DNA of 63,193 nucleotides, counting the filler, from Rhabdomonas costata (lineage: Eukaryota): assembly GCA_019059605.1 (NCBI GenBank). It is 31 parts of 31 records of this genome, joined end to end, with 100 filler letters (N's around TTAATTAATTAA, not from the genome) between each part and the next. Parts side by side here need not be neighbours in the genome. Positions count along the whole stretch, not along the records: positions 10,207 to 12,151 come from JAHMHO010007122.1; positions 12,252 to 14,194 come from JAHMHO010007123.1; positions 14,295 to 16,236 come from JAHMHO010007124.1; positions 16,337 to 18,291 come from JAHMHO010007125.1; positions 18,392 to 20,333 come from JAHMHO010007126.1; positions 20,434 to 22,375 come from JAHMHO010007127.1; 25 more parts are not named here. One strand, 5' to 3'. The position numbers and the translations under genes are program-made. Below the pieces are notes generated by a model. It had not been told where the DNA came from. It worked only from the letters and a program-made list of their open reading frames with translations, and did not search any database. Positions 10,207 through 22,120 of this stretch are shown here, piece by piece (position 1 is the stretch's first letter; each line of letters opens with the position of its first letter).

Positions 10207-12090
10207 GGATTACGGCCTTTCTAACCTCTACAGAGAGAAATGTCAGCGGTGCCACTTCCACAATTTCCAGAGGTATGGTTAACGTAAGTGCTGTGCAGAG
10301 AAGTGAAAATTTGTTCAATACGGCGACACCGCCAACGTTAGCAGCCACAATTCCGGCGAGTTCTGTAATGTTTTCCGCACCTCCACAGCCACAAATTAAT
10401 GCGACGCGTACGCCTTCTCCAGAGAGGAGGGTGACTCCATCCAGATAAATGTTGGCGTTCAGAGGTTGATGATACACGGGAAGAGGAGGCCGAGGTTACA
10501 TATCACCTTCACCGTCTAGAAGCGGTAGATCCAGAATTCCCTCGTTTACCAGGATTGGAGATGTCTCCCCGCCTCGACCCCCAAGCCCGACTTCCACAGG
10601 GAGCAGGCAGCAGTCACCTTTTCCGAGTTCAAGTTTGGAGAACGCGAAGCCGCATGTCACTTCAAGAGTGTGCATGTATTGTGGAAGTAAGAGCCACGTT
10701 TATAGGGATTGTAAATTGGCTAAGACGGAGTTGGTTCAGAGAAGTGTGCCGAAGGGGTCAGTTGGAGAATTTCAGAAGTGTGTAGATCAGTCAAACGAGT
10801 GGGGGCAGGAGACAGGGACGCTCCCGCCACACCTAAGAGGCCCACTTCGTCCACATTCAGGACGCCAGCCAGCGCAAGTGTTGTGCAGAGAGCTCCAGGC
10901 ACATTACAGCTAAGAATATTGCAGAGACCACCAGAGCCTGTGCTCAGATTAACCAGAGTTGATCAGGTTGAGCAGCCCCGAAGCCCCAGCCCACGCAGAG
11001 TGACACCGGAGGCAGCCCGAGAGAACATTCAGAGTGCCACTCCAGAGGCAAGCGTGGAACAAGTTGAGAAGAAGGGTTCAGAGCCTCAGACCAGTTTCCA
11101 TAAGCCATAAAGTGCACGAGCGGGCTCATTGGTGGTGTTGAAGTCCGATGCAGAGCGGAGCGGTTCCTGACGGGTTCAGAAATTTCATAGGAGTAATAAG
11201 TAAGAGCCGGAATCGGTCCAGAGCAGACGAGAATTGCGGGAAATGTTGTGCGGAGAACCATTAACTAATGCGGAGTTAGGGGTTGTGTGCCACCGTCCAC
11301 TTTCAGATGTTTCCAGAGAGGTCACAAACCACCAATTGACGGTGTTGGGTGCAGAAGGATAAATCTCCTTAAGAGTAAGGGGGGGACATTCGCATAAGAT
11401 TCGGAAGTGGTCAGTGGAGCCAGAAAGTTCCACAGAATTGTGTTAGTGGAGTGTGGTGGCCGTTCCACATGGTGCGGAGTCTCTTCCAGAGTTGATTTCA
11501 GATGGCGCTATTTCCACAGTGGAGGTGGGAGAGGTCACTCCGACTAAGCAGGACCAGCGATCCATAGCTAGGGCTCAGGAGCCTGAGTGGAAGGTCAAAA
11601 GGAATTTGCGAGATTCTCCCAGGAATGAAGTTGAGAAGTTAATTAAGGAGGTGGACCACAGCATTTGTGGCCCCCCTTGTGCGGTGTTACCAACACCTCC
11701 AGAGATAGAGAAGTTAAACCAAAAATTTGCTCACATATTTCCAGCGTCAGTTTCGGGAGGTTACCCACTTCGAGGAGAACGGACCACAGGATTAATTTGA
11801 AGCCGGACAGTAAGGTACCAGCCCAGAGGCTGTACCGAGTGTCCCCGGCGGAAGATGTAGAATTGCGGAAGCAGCTGAAGAGTCTCCAGAAGCTTGGTTT
11901 TATAGAGCCAGCAACCTCGCCTTATGGCGCAGTGGTGCTGTTCGTTCCAAAGGCCAACGGTAAGTTGCGGTTGTGCGTGGATTACGTACCGTTGAATGCG
12001 ATAACTGTTACAGATGCGTACAATTTACCCCGAATTGACGAGATGATTGGTGAAAGGCGAAGTTGTTTTCCAAACTAGATTTGCATGCGG
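10207..12090 (+). mobile_element. Degenerate Ty3/gypsy retrotransposon: gag C-terminus with CCHC zinc knuckle and N-terminal reverse transcriptase
   Basis: CMYCGSKSHVYRDC (~10670-10710). RT start DHRINLKPDSKVPAQRLYRVSPAEDVELRKQLKSLQKLGFIEPATSPYGAVVLFVPKANGKLRLCVDYVPLNAITVTDAYNLPRIDEMI, then SKLDL in a shifted frame. Stops and frameshifts throughout. Confidence 0.93.
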
Positions 12091-15000
12091 GATAAATTGT
12101 ACGCATCTGTAACAGTTATCGCATTCAACGGTACGTAATCCACACACAACCNNNNNNNNNNNNNNNNNNNNNNNNNNNNNNNNNNNNNNNNNNNNTTAAT
12201 TAATTAANNNNNNNNNNNNNNNNNNNNNNNNNNNNNNNNNNNNNNNNNNNNGGGTTGTTGGAGTATAGCCTTTGTGACCAAAGTGGCCCATCGCCCGAAC
12301 TGGAGTACTCGTGAATGCACTCTCCTCGGGGCAGCGCATTTGGCTTGTGTGTCATATCGGCTGGATGTGCTAGTGCTTCAGATACCTCGTTCAGGGGATT
12401 TCAGAAAGAAAATTGAGGGACCACGCATTATAACATTTTGGTAGCGAAAGCGCCGAACCGCAAACACTGTGTCTGTGCTGGGATGGGGCCTGGGAATCCT
12501 AAACTTCCAGAGTGGAACTATAAAGTGATGGCCTTTTCCTCGGATGTCAAGCTACTGAAGGGCAAAACAGTGCTCGCGTGGTTTTAATAGGGTTATGGAG
12601 GCATCTCTCTTGCAATGACCTTCGAACTCATGTGCAGTTGTGTCAGATACATTGCCCGTATTGAACTTCTTTTGGTTTGGCTGTCGACGGCCCACCGCAC
12701 TCGTGATGGGTGGGAGAACGCCCGCAGCCTTGTTAAGGTTGTTGGATGGCTCTGTCTCTTGCGATAGCTTGTAACCTTTTGTTCAATACCGGTGGATCTG
12801 TTTAACTTGGATGTGCTGCTTTTCGGAATGCCTGTTGCCTCCTCAGAAAACTGTCCCAACCCACCGCTTGTCTACGTCTCTTGGTTTTAGCAAAGGTTTT
12901 AGCAAAAGAATCTTTTTAGTATTGGGGTTTTCATATTCTTTCGTTCCCCGTGGTGAAACGCTCTAGTTGGGGTCACCGCCAGCATGCAGCTGGTTGGCAG
13001 TGCCTTTTATGGCAGTGGAGCCAAGAGTGACGCAGCTGGATTCTACGGGGGTATGTCCCGCCCTCCTCCCTGCGGACACAAAACGGAAGGTCTTTGGTAA
13101 ATTCTGAGGTGCACATCCAAGTCCAGTAGTGAACTAGTGAGTTTATTTTATCAATACCTTGGTGATTGCCAGTGGTACTCATGCTGACCCCACCGCTCAA
13201 TTGTCATTCGGATTATGATTTTGGGCCCAAAGATTAGGGCCAGTTCAGTTGAGAATGAGTTTGATGGGATAGGGACTGCACCCGACAAACCACATCTCTG
13301 GCCGATTGCAGAACCGTACAATGCATTTCCCTACGCAGCTGCCGCTCTCACCTGAAGGTGGACGAGGAGAACACTACGGGCCGCACGCCCCCGGTGTGCA
13401 TTCCGATTCTCCGCAGCAGCTGCACAAAGCTGGAGGCTCGGGTGCCCAGCTGAATGAATCCCACCACACCCAAGGGTACCAGTGGGACCAGGGCTGGCGG
13501 CACGAACTCCAGGGTGAAGCCAATGTCCACTGCGAAAAAATGTACGGAGCCGGTGAAACTTGGAGAGCGCTGCCTTATTGCCACTGTATGCGCCAGGAGT
13601 GACACATGGCCAACGCAGTCCTGCGGTGATGCAACAGTGGGCGAAGCGGACTGAAGGACTAATGCACCAAATAGCAAAAATAATAGGAGGAGAATCCTTC
13701 CAAATACGCATTAACAGTGAAAATACAAAAATTAGCATCTTCAAAAACACTCCACGAGACCATCATCTCCCCACCACAGTCCGGCACAGCACCAAGTAAC
13801 AGCGGAGAGGGAAAAAAATGGAAGGATGGAGGCAATGAAAGAGCACACAATAGAAGAAGAGTGGCAGCTTCTTGTGGTGTTGTGACACGCATAGCACATG
13901 AATCTCGATTCCTTTGGGTGGTATACGTGACCGTTAGTTTTGGACCCTCCAGCAACGCATCGGACACTCAGCGCTGGAAAATGATACCGCAGCATTGTGC
14001 ACTGAAGGAGTGCACGCGTGTAAGCGCACTCACGTTCTCCTCTTCTCTTTGCATCTGTGCGGCTGTTGTGTGCGCCGGACTTTGAACACTGGACTTGTGT
14101 GTGTATGATTTCTTCTCCTGAAAACCATTCTTAACTCATGTGCAACGGAGCTTGAGCGGCATCCCCATTGTTGGTGCTGCTTTTTAAAGCGCGGNNNNNN
14201 NNNNNNNNNNNNNNNNNNNNNNNNNNNNNNNNNNNNNNTTAATTAATTAANNNNNNNNNNNNNNNNNNNNNNNNNNNNNNNNNNNNNNNNNNNNGGGGTT
14301 TTGTTGAGATTGATTGGAACGCAAGTTGGTCCAACAGCAATGGTGTTGCAAAAACCTTTGCACATCTGAAGAGAAAATGGGACCAAGAAGATACGAGGGC
14401 GTCGAAGAGACTGGAACACCTTACACGCAATGGAACAGCGAGGAAACCACAACCCGCCAGGTTCGGCCGGAAGCGGCTCCACCTGAACATCGAAAAAAAA
14501 AGGGTCTCCAAAAAAGTCTGCGCCCTACCGCCAGAGCAGCTGCATGAGAGCAGCATTGACATGACCACATTGCCGCGTAAGATTAGTTCAATTGAGCCAA
14601 AAACCATCTTCATTGGGATCTTTTCCGGGGTTCCGTTCTCCTGCTTCCAAGCGGGATTGCCAACTCAGAAAGTGGTTTACGATGCTTCGGCCGATGTTCT
14701 CTGCGCATTCCAGCTGTTCTTACATAACTGTTCGGTTGCTTGCCATACAGTCTGCAAGAAGGTGTGCTGGATAAACAAGCAGCCCTCATAAAGGGGTTTG
14801 GTAGTCAGCGCACTTTCCACAGCACCCGGACAATGGTCGTTTCCTCCAAGGACTTTACCCATCATAGCATAGTGGGAGTCGATTTTCGATTACCAATCGT
14901 CGATTAGTTTCCCGGCTCAACGTGCATTTGCAGGAAAATTCCGGTTTTTGATTATTGAATTCCTGCCTTCTGTTTGCCCAATTACCGCTTGCCGAAGGGC

Positions 15001-16493
15001 AATGTGGGAAAAAAGTTCAATCAATCAATACACAACCGATTACAATGACACCGTGGCACATCGGTAACCGGTCGCAACCAAAGACCAAAGACCATCAGTC
15101 CGTCACCGATAAACTCTATAAGTCGAGTATGAATCTTAGTTCTGACCCCTGACAATTGCGTGTGCAGCTCTGGAGGCTGGCAGAGGATGAAACATGAGCG
15201 CTGCTGGCGTGGCTCTCAACGGGCAGATGGCCGAGTTTCCAGCCGGGAAGCTTTAATAATAGTACAAGGCTTTTGCGGAAAAGCGCAACCCAGAAAAACT
15301 TGAACTGAGTTGAGTAGACTACTTAGCCCGAGTTCTTACCTTCTAAAGATAAAATATCGTTCAAAACGTGCAGAACTTCCTCTTAAAAACAATTTTATTT
15401 CTCAAGGTCGTTCATAGTGTTGGGAAACCGTTGGGAAACCTACCCCCCACAAAACCACAAAAGTGGAATTTGCACTCACACAAGCGGCACGCACGCACCT
15501 CCACTTCTAAGGGGCTGGGAGGGATGCTCCACTCCATCAGGCTACTGCTCTCCATCGTGTTTGGGTACCCACCGCCGTACACGGCGAAAACCATCTGAGG
15601 GAATGTTCATAAATCCTGGTGTGGTGGGTTCATAAGGGACGTTAATACACGCCAATTCACAAAAAAAATCTCTGAATCATTTTAAACCACTTGACTTGTC
15701 CCATGGTTGTTGGCTCCTTGATCCAGTATCCACATTTTTACTTTTCCGTTGATCTTGAAAAAAAAACTCTCACTCTCTACACCTTCTCCTTTACTCTGGG
15801 GGGGATGCCGAAACTGTTCACTGGACACCGGTTGGGCCCTACAATGATATAAAGCATGTTTAATCATGTTTAATTACGTTCAGTCATTTCAGTTGGTTTA
15901 AATCACGCCACCATCTCAAACCGTCTTGCGCCCGCGCGTTTTCGTCCAACTCGACTCGGCCTCACCAATCCTGTCGAATTTGTCTTACCCGCGTCTCTTT
16001 CCTTACGGCAATCCTCCGCCCGAGAAACAATTTTTGGCTGTGTTTGGTTGCTGTCCAGGAGGGGGAGGTTATCCCTTTCCCCAAAAATTTTGTCTGACAG
16101 TCTATGTGAGTGAGCCTCAATATTGCCCTTGCGGTTTTTCGATTATCAAAGAAATATTAGCAGGGAAAGGTTAGACAAAGGAGGCTAAGAAGAAGGAAGT
16201 TGTTGCAAACATCTATCCAGCACATTCCCTGCACGANNNNNNNNNNNNNNNNNNNNNNNNNNNNNNNNNNNNNNNNNNNNTTAATTAATTAANNNNNNNN
16301 NNNNNNNNNNNNNNNNNNNNNNNNNNNNNNNNNNNNGTTTGGTGTGACACGCACAGCGTTCTAGAGAGGCAGCGAGCAAGGGGGTACCAGCTCGAGAACG
16401 AAGATAAACTTTCGGAATCCGAGCCTCCCCATGCCCTTAGAGGTGACGCGCAGAGGAAAGAAAGATGCGTATGTGTGTAAGTGGTAAGTGTGA

Positions 16494-16496
<3 letters not shown>

Positions 16497-16524
<28 letters not shown>
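16497..16524. repeat. (TG)n microsatellite
   Basis: About 14 consecutive GT units. Confidence 0.9.
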
Positions 16525-16526
<2 letters not shown>

Positions 16527-18454
16527 GGGCGCATTGCGCGCTGGCTGTTGCCTGGTTGACTGGTTGCTTGGTTGTTGGTGACCAAGGTGTGTGTGTTGTG
16601 CGTGTACGTGTAACTCCTCTAAATGATGTCTCTCTAGGCAGGGGGCAAAAAAACAGTATACCTAATCCCATTTTGCTTAAAAAAAAACGACGCATATGGA
16701 GCCTGTAGTTACAGCTTTCCTTCAGCTTATGCCCTAAAAAAAACATCGCCAAATAAAGTGACCCATTCGGTCCTATAGCACTGCTAAACGTTTCGCAGTG
16801 CTAAACGCAGCATCGCCCACCCCATGGAAGTACCAATCCCATCCGCCCGCTCCAGCCGCGCGGCGGACAGGTCTTCCGAAACAAAAATAATCATGTCCCA
16901 TGTTGTCTGTCAAAGCCCAGCAACGACAATTGCAAACATTGCATACCGCAAAAACGCGGAAGCCGTTTAGAGGTACCAAGGGTGAAACCCCCCCCCCCCC
17001 GAACACAAACGTCCCTTTAGAGTTCCCAGAACTTCCACTGAAAAGTCACACCATATATTTTATTCTGAGTTTCGCGTGAAACTTATCTTTGTTGTCGGGG
17101 GGTGGAGAAACTGTTCTCCGCGGCCCAAGATCTCCTGAATAAATCTCCTTGAAGAATTGGAGGCTCGCTCCCCTCTCTAACCCTCAGTAAAAGCTTCTAT
17201 TGGAATTTCCAGGGCAAACGCGTGTCGCCCCCTAAACCCCTGCAGAATTCGATTGGTCCGATAACATTCAGAAGGCTTCGCGGTGACAAAAAGTACCGCC
17301 ACCATACCATAAAACCACCCAAACGTCCGCCACCAGAAGATGAATGGAAAGGTGCGTGGAGATGTTTGAAGGACAAAACCGGCGTTTGGACGTTGCGACG
17401 AGTACCACCCCGCCTCTCACAGACAGGCGGACAGAAGGTGTGCGCCACAGGGCCAACCTAACGCGATGGAGGCCAGCGCCAAGGCAATTGTCAGGCCCCT
17501 CCACGTTAGGAAGGGCAGGCACCGCCCCGAGGGCAGCTGCACCGCCATCACCGCGCTGATCACGGCGGCCAGAAAGGAGAGCTGAGAGAAGCTGATTGCG
17601 TAGTAATGCTCCTCAACCGTCACCTTGGAATTGTGGGAGAGAGAAAGAGAGCCAGAGAGTTGCCTGAGCAAATAACACTAAAGGTCAGAAAGCGATGTGT
17701 AACTACTTTTTCTTTCTCTCTCTTACCACTTAACCTACCCTCAAAAAAAGCACAACACTCCTCAACACAAAGCTGGACTGTCCCACCCTCGCTCATTGAC
17801 CATGGCAGCCACAGTAGTCAATTACTGGCCGTCAAGGCAGTCAACGGCTCTTCTTCGGCGGTTTGTCTTCCAGGTTCAATCAGACCGGCTTGAGATGTGT
17901 CAGTCTCAATTTCCAGTGCTGCCAACTAACGGAAACCTTCCCTATCCCCCAATGTGCAACTTGACGTTCACATCACAGTGAAGCGCTTCATTGGCTTCTT
18001 CAACGCGAACGCGTTGAGCATCAAAAAGCAATGCGCTGGGAGCGATGCAGAAACAAAGACAGATCAGATGTTTGCTGAATGCAGCTTCAATGACCAAGAG
18101 CTTCAAACCTGAGCGATTTGTCTGAGAGGGTGCCTTGAGAAACCCCTCCAATGGACACCAGCCGCCCATCGTCCTCCTGATTCTTATATTCAGGGGGATT
18201 CAAACCTGCACGATCAGTGGCCACACCACGGAGACCAGTAGGGCGGTCACCAGCACTCCAGGATGTAGGGGGCGAGCCACCACAACCCCCCNNNNNNNNN
18301 NNNNNNNNNNNNNNNNNNNNNNNNNNNNNNNNNNNTTAATTAATTAANNNNNNNNNNNNNNNNNNNNNNNNNNNNNNNNNNNNNNNNNNNNGTGGTTGTT
18401 GTGACGAACCAACCTTGTCCAACCTCACGGCTCGGCTGCCCATAATTCCCGAGG

Positions 18455-20333
18455 TTGGACAAGGTTGGTTCGTCACAACTGCGGACCAAAGTGTCAGGTT
18501 GACGGAAAGTGCAGATTTCATTGTCCCTGGCCCCTGTACGATTTTCCACACTACGAGCGGCTTCAGGTTCACCTCCCTGCTGAAGTTCAAACCATGCTTT
18601 TGGAGTGCGAACTTGCTTCTGTGGACGAGGAAACTGGCGAGATTATCTTGGATCACTCCCTTACTGGTGGACGCCACTCTCCTCCACGTGGAGTCGGCTG
18701 TTCAAATGTCAGCGAGTTCAACCCGCTCATCTTCTCAGCCATAAAGTCCCATATGAACGTTCAGGTATCTCTCTTATGCACCGGGTCTCCCACTGTTTTT
18801 TAGCGCTTTCTTTCTTTCTTTCGTTTCTTTTCTTTCTTTTCTTTCGTTCTGGCTTCTGCGTTTCGTGTACCGCCTTCTTTTTAATGCTCCCAGGTCTGCA
18901 ACGGCAGGTTCGTCCTGGCTTACTGGGTAAAGTACGCCGCTGCCGAGGAGGAAAGATTCTCCGTGTACCTCAAAAAGACTGCCGAGGACACCGTCGAGAC
19001 CACCTTGGTGGATGAGCACCGCCGAAAACGGGTCAAAGTTCAGGAGGCCCCCACCACCCCTCATAAGCATCTCATCTCCCTCCCAGAGATGATTTTGCTC
19101 TGCCTCAGGCTGCCCATCATCATCACAACCCTGGACTTCGTGCACGTCAACAGTGGGCCCATGGAGCATCGTTTCGTCTCTATAAAAGTCCCCTGGCAGC
19201 CAGGCTCGCAATGGGGTCGCCCTGTTTTCCCTACCTTGTCAAGATGTGGAGAGCAGGAACTACCTGCGCAACCCAAGTCCCGCTGCATCCCCTCCGAGAA
19301 GCCACACCGGGGCAAGCGACAACCCTTCGTCGATGGAAACAGTCCATTTTCACCGCTGACTCCATCACAGCGTATTGCCTGCGCTGCCCAGAAATGATTG
19401 ACTTCACGTTGGACGACTACTTCTGCCTAACCATTGCTCCGACCTTCCACCGCTGCTTGCAGGAAGGTGACCACACTCCCGTGGGTTGGAAGCGAAATGG
19501 GCTCTATGACCTGCGCTGCCGCAGGGTCTGCCTCAGACCCAACGCAAGATTGCAAAGAAGGCTGCTGGAATCCTTGTTTCTCCGGCTCGGGGAGCTGCAA
19601 GACTTGTCGGAGGTGTGCACCCAGCTTTCCAGACTCACGGATCCCACTTCAGCAAAAGCAGAACTGGCATCGGAATGGAAATGGATTGAAAACGTGTTTA
19701 TGCTGGATGGCAAGGAGGCCGTCGTGGTCCACCCTCGGTACTCTCCAACCACACTTTGCGCCTGGCTCACCCAGAAGGCTCTTCGGCAGGCCCCCTTTGA
19801 TGATGAAGAGGCACTTCTTCAGACCATGATGACCCTTCTGAAGCAAGGGCTACCTCCGCCAAAAGTCATTATCAAGGAGTTCGTCCATTCTGACTTACGG
19901 TATTGGCCAGTGGGGTACCACACCATGGTCAGCGAAATCAAGCTGATCTGGCTGTCACTTACGGAGAGCTCGTCTTACGACCTGGACTGGGCGCTCACCG
20001 AAGAGGACCTGGAGGACAAGCTGGCGCAGGAGTGCAATCGCCAAATGGAGCTTCGGCAGCAGCGGCACAAGAGGAATATAACGACACTTCCTCCGTGGGA
20101 AAGGGGGAAGGATCAGCCCGACAAGTCATGGCGAGAACAGGACCTTGCCCTCACCACCCTCAAAACCCACATTGCCCCTCTCATCACCCACCGCTATCGA
20201 TTTCCCTGGAAGGCCTTCCGTATATCAACCCGGTTTACATCTCAGGTCCTCCAGGTTCCGGAAAAATCCACAATTTGCTCACTCTGGCTGCCCTGGCACA
20301 CGCTAACCCAGAACCAACAGTTCCACAACCACC
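18455..20333 (+). mobile_element. Helitron-like Rep-helicase (RepHel) fragment with a spliceosomal intron and frameshifts
   Basis: HNCGPKCQVDGKCRFHCPWP...NVSEFNPLIFSAIKSHMNVQ | GT-AG intron 18765-18893 | VCNGRFVLAYWVKYAA...LISLPEMILLCLRLPIIITTLDFVHVN. This matches the Rep H.C...CRF.FP, YNP, Y..KY and ISxxE motifs. Near the contig end, EQDLAL and PVYISGPPGSGK resemble the PIF1 Q motif and Walker A. Confidence 0.78.
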
Positions 20334-20921
20334 NNNNNNNNNNNNNNNNNNNNNNNNNNNNNNNNNNNNNNNNNNNNTTAATTAATTAANNNNNNNNNNN
20401 NNNNNNNNNNNNNNNNNNNNNNNNNNNNNNNNNGGGGGTAGCACTGAGCTTTCGCTGGGGTTGGTTGGTTGTGGGAAACGGAGTGTGCGAGGCCCACAAG
20501 CCGAAAAGCCGGGTTCCGGAAACTGAGATCCCTTTCGATGTGTCTTTTACAGCATCATCCGTTTTCTATGTAAGGGTGGGACAATAATGCAGACAAGTAA
20601 AGGACATAGCCGTCTTCCAAGCAGGTATGATTCGGGACTTCGGGACTGATACCCACAGGAGGGGCTTTGCAAGTGCACTTCTTGGCGTGCTTTTTCCAAC
20701 CTTAGAGGCAACATTTGTTTCGCCACTTTCCTCTTCATAGATTCAACCTCTTCATAAATTACAATACAAACTTCCTTTGTGTCCTTTGTGTTTCGAAACC
20801 CGCTCCCATAACACCCCACAAAAACGTTGGTGCAGACGGATACGACACCAGGGCATCAAACTGCGTTGCACAATGACCTGACCCCGGGCCTCTGGTTATG
20901 AGGTTCTCTCTCTATCTCTCT

Positions 20922-20988
20922 TTCGTTCGTTCGTTCGTTCGTTCGTTCGTTCGTTCGTTCGTTCGTTCGTTCGTTCGTTCGTTCGTTC
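20922..20988. repeat. (TTCG)n microsatellite
   Basis: About 16-17 perfect TTCG units. Confidence 0.95.
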
Positions 20989-21185
20989 TTAAAACACAAC
21001 AGCTCGCTTTGGTCGCAAAGATTTCACTTTTGCTTGACAGTTTAACGCAATTAAGCCAAAGGTACTGGCACTTTCTTGGATATTTCTGGCAGACTATTCA
21101 GCTGATCGGAAAGAATTAGGAGCACGTTTTCAGAGCTTTAGGAAATCATTATTCCAAAATCAAAAAAACGCATCGCACCGCCGTC

Positions 21186-21985
21186 TCAGAACCTTTCAGC
21201 CATGATAACACGCCCCCCGGCCAAAAGCAGGCAGGCAGACAGGCAGACCAGGGTGGGTGGGGGAATCTGCGGGAACCCCACGGAGTCGATGAGGACCTGC
21301 CCCTCCCACTGCGCGCCCATCTCGTAGGAGTCGTAGAGGTCAATGCACTGGAGGTAGAAATCAGCGACCGGCCCGTCCTCGGGGTAGTTGCACTTCCAGT
21401 CGTAGTAATACTTCTTCGCCGAAGCGTGGGCCTAGAGATTGACAACCAGAACCATTGCCATTCCCTGTAGCTGGGCGGAATCTGAAGGCAGGGGGCGCAA
21501 GGCTAAACATTTGCAAGTAGCGGGCAATGTGCCGGTAGCGGGTAACAAACTTGTGTGTAAGCTCGTGAACGGAATAAAAAGAAATGTGGTGAAGAGTAGC
21601 TCGCGTCTCTTTACGCGCGTGTTACATAGGATGCCGAGTGGCAAAGAAATGCCCCGTTGCTTTCAATATCTCGAACGACAGGAACAACAATCATTTCTAT
21701 CTTTACAACAATCATTTTTGGGGATAGAAATGTGCTGAAAAAATACCGGGTAACGGGAAAAACGGTGCAAGGAAGTCCTGCGTCCAAAACTAGGCACGCC
21801 TTGGAATCTCTTGTGATGCATGACTTTTGGGTGCAGTCGCAGACCTCTGTGATTCTACAAAAGCAGGGGACACACTTGCTTAGCGAAGAGGCTGAGGCCA
21901 GTGCGGAACTCGTGCTCGCGGCGCTCTTCCCCCTTCGTCGGATCAAAGGACGGCAGAAACTCGGCCACTCGAACCGCTTTCCCGT
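21186..21985 (-). CDS. Spliced gene fragment resembling the C-terminal tail/TPR-like extension of class III nucleotide cyclases
   Basis: Exon 21985-21876 (GKAVRVAEFL...EFRTGLSLFAKQ) joins the exon starting at 21431 (AHASAKKYYYDWKCNYPEDGPVADFYLQCIDLY...QWEGQV) in phase 0 through GT-AG. The 3' end is uncertain. Confidence 0.45.
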
Positions 21986-22062
21986 CTGCACACACACGCA
22001 TCGGTGAGCACACACCAAAACCACGCAGGCCAACAAAAGACCGAATGAACTTCTGGATGGGG

Positions 22063-22120
22063 CTTAGGGTTAGGGTTAGGGCTCCACAGCCTGAGGGTTA
22101 GGGTTAGGGCTCCACAGCCT
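22063..22120 (+). repeat. Interstitial telomere-type (TTAGGG)n repeats inside a ~28-bp tandem duplication
   Basis: TTAGGGTTAGGGTTAGGGCTCCACAGCCTG followed by AGGGTTAGGGTTAGGGCTCCACAGCCTG. Confidence 0.85.

Noticed and set aside
14868-15120. CGATTA/CGGTAACCG-rich stretch resembling hAT subterminal repeats
   Set aside because: Terminal inverted repeats and target-site duplication could not be defined.
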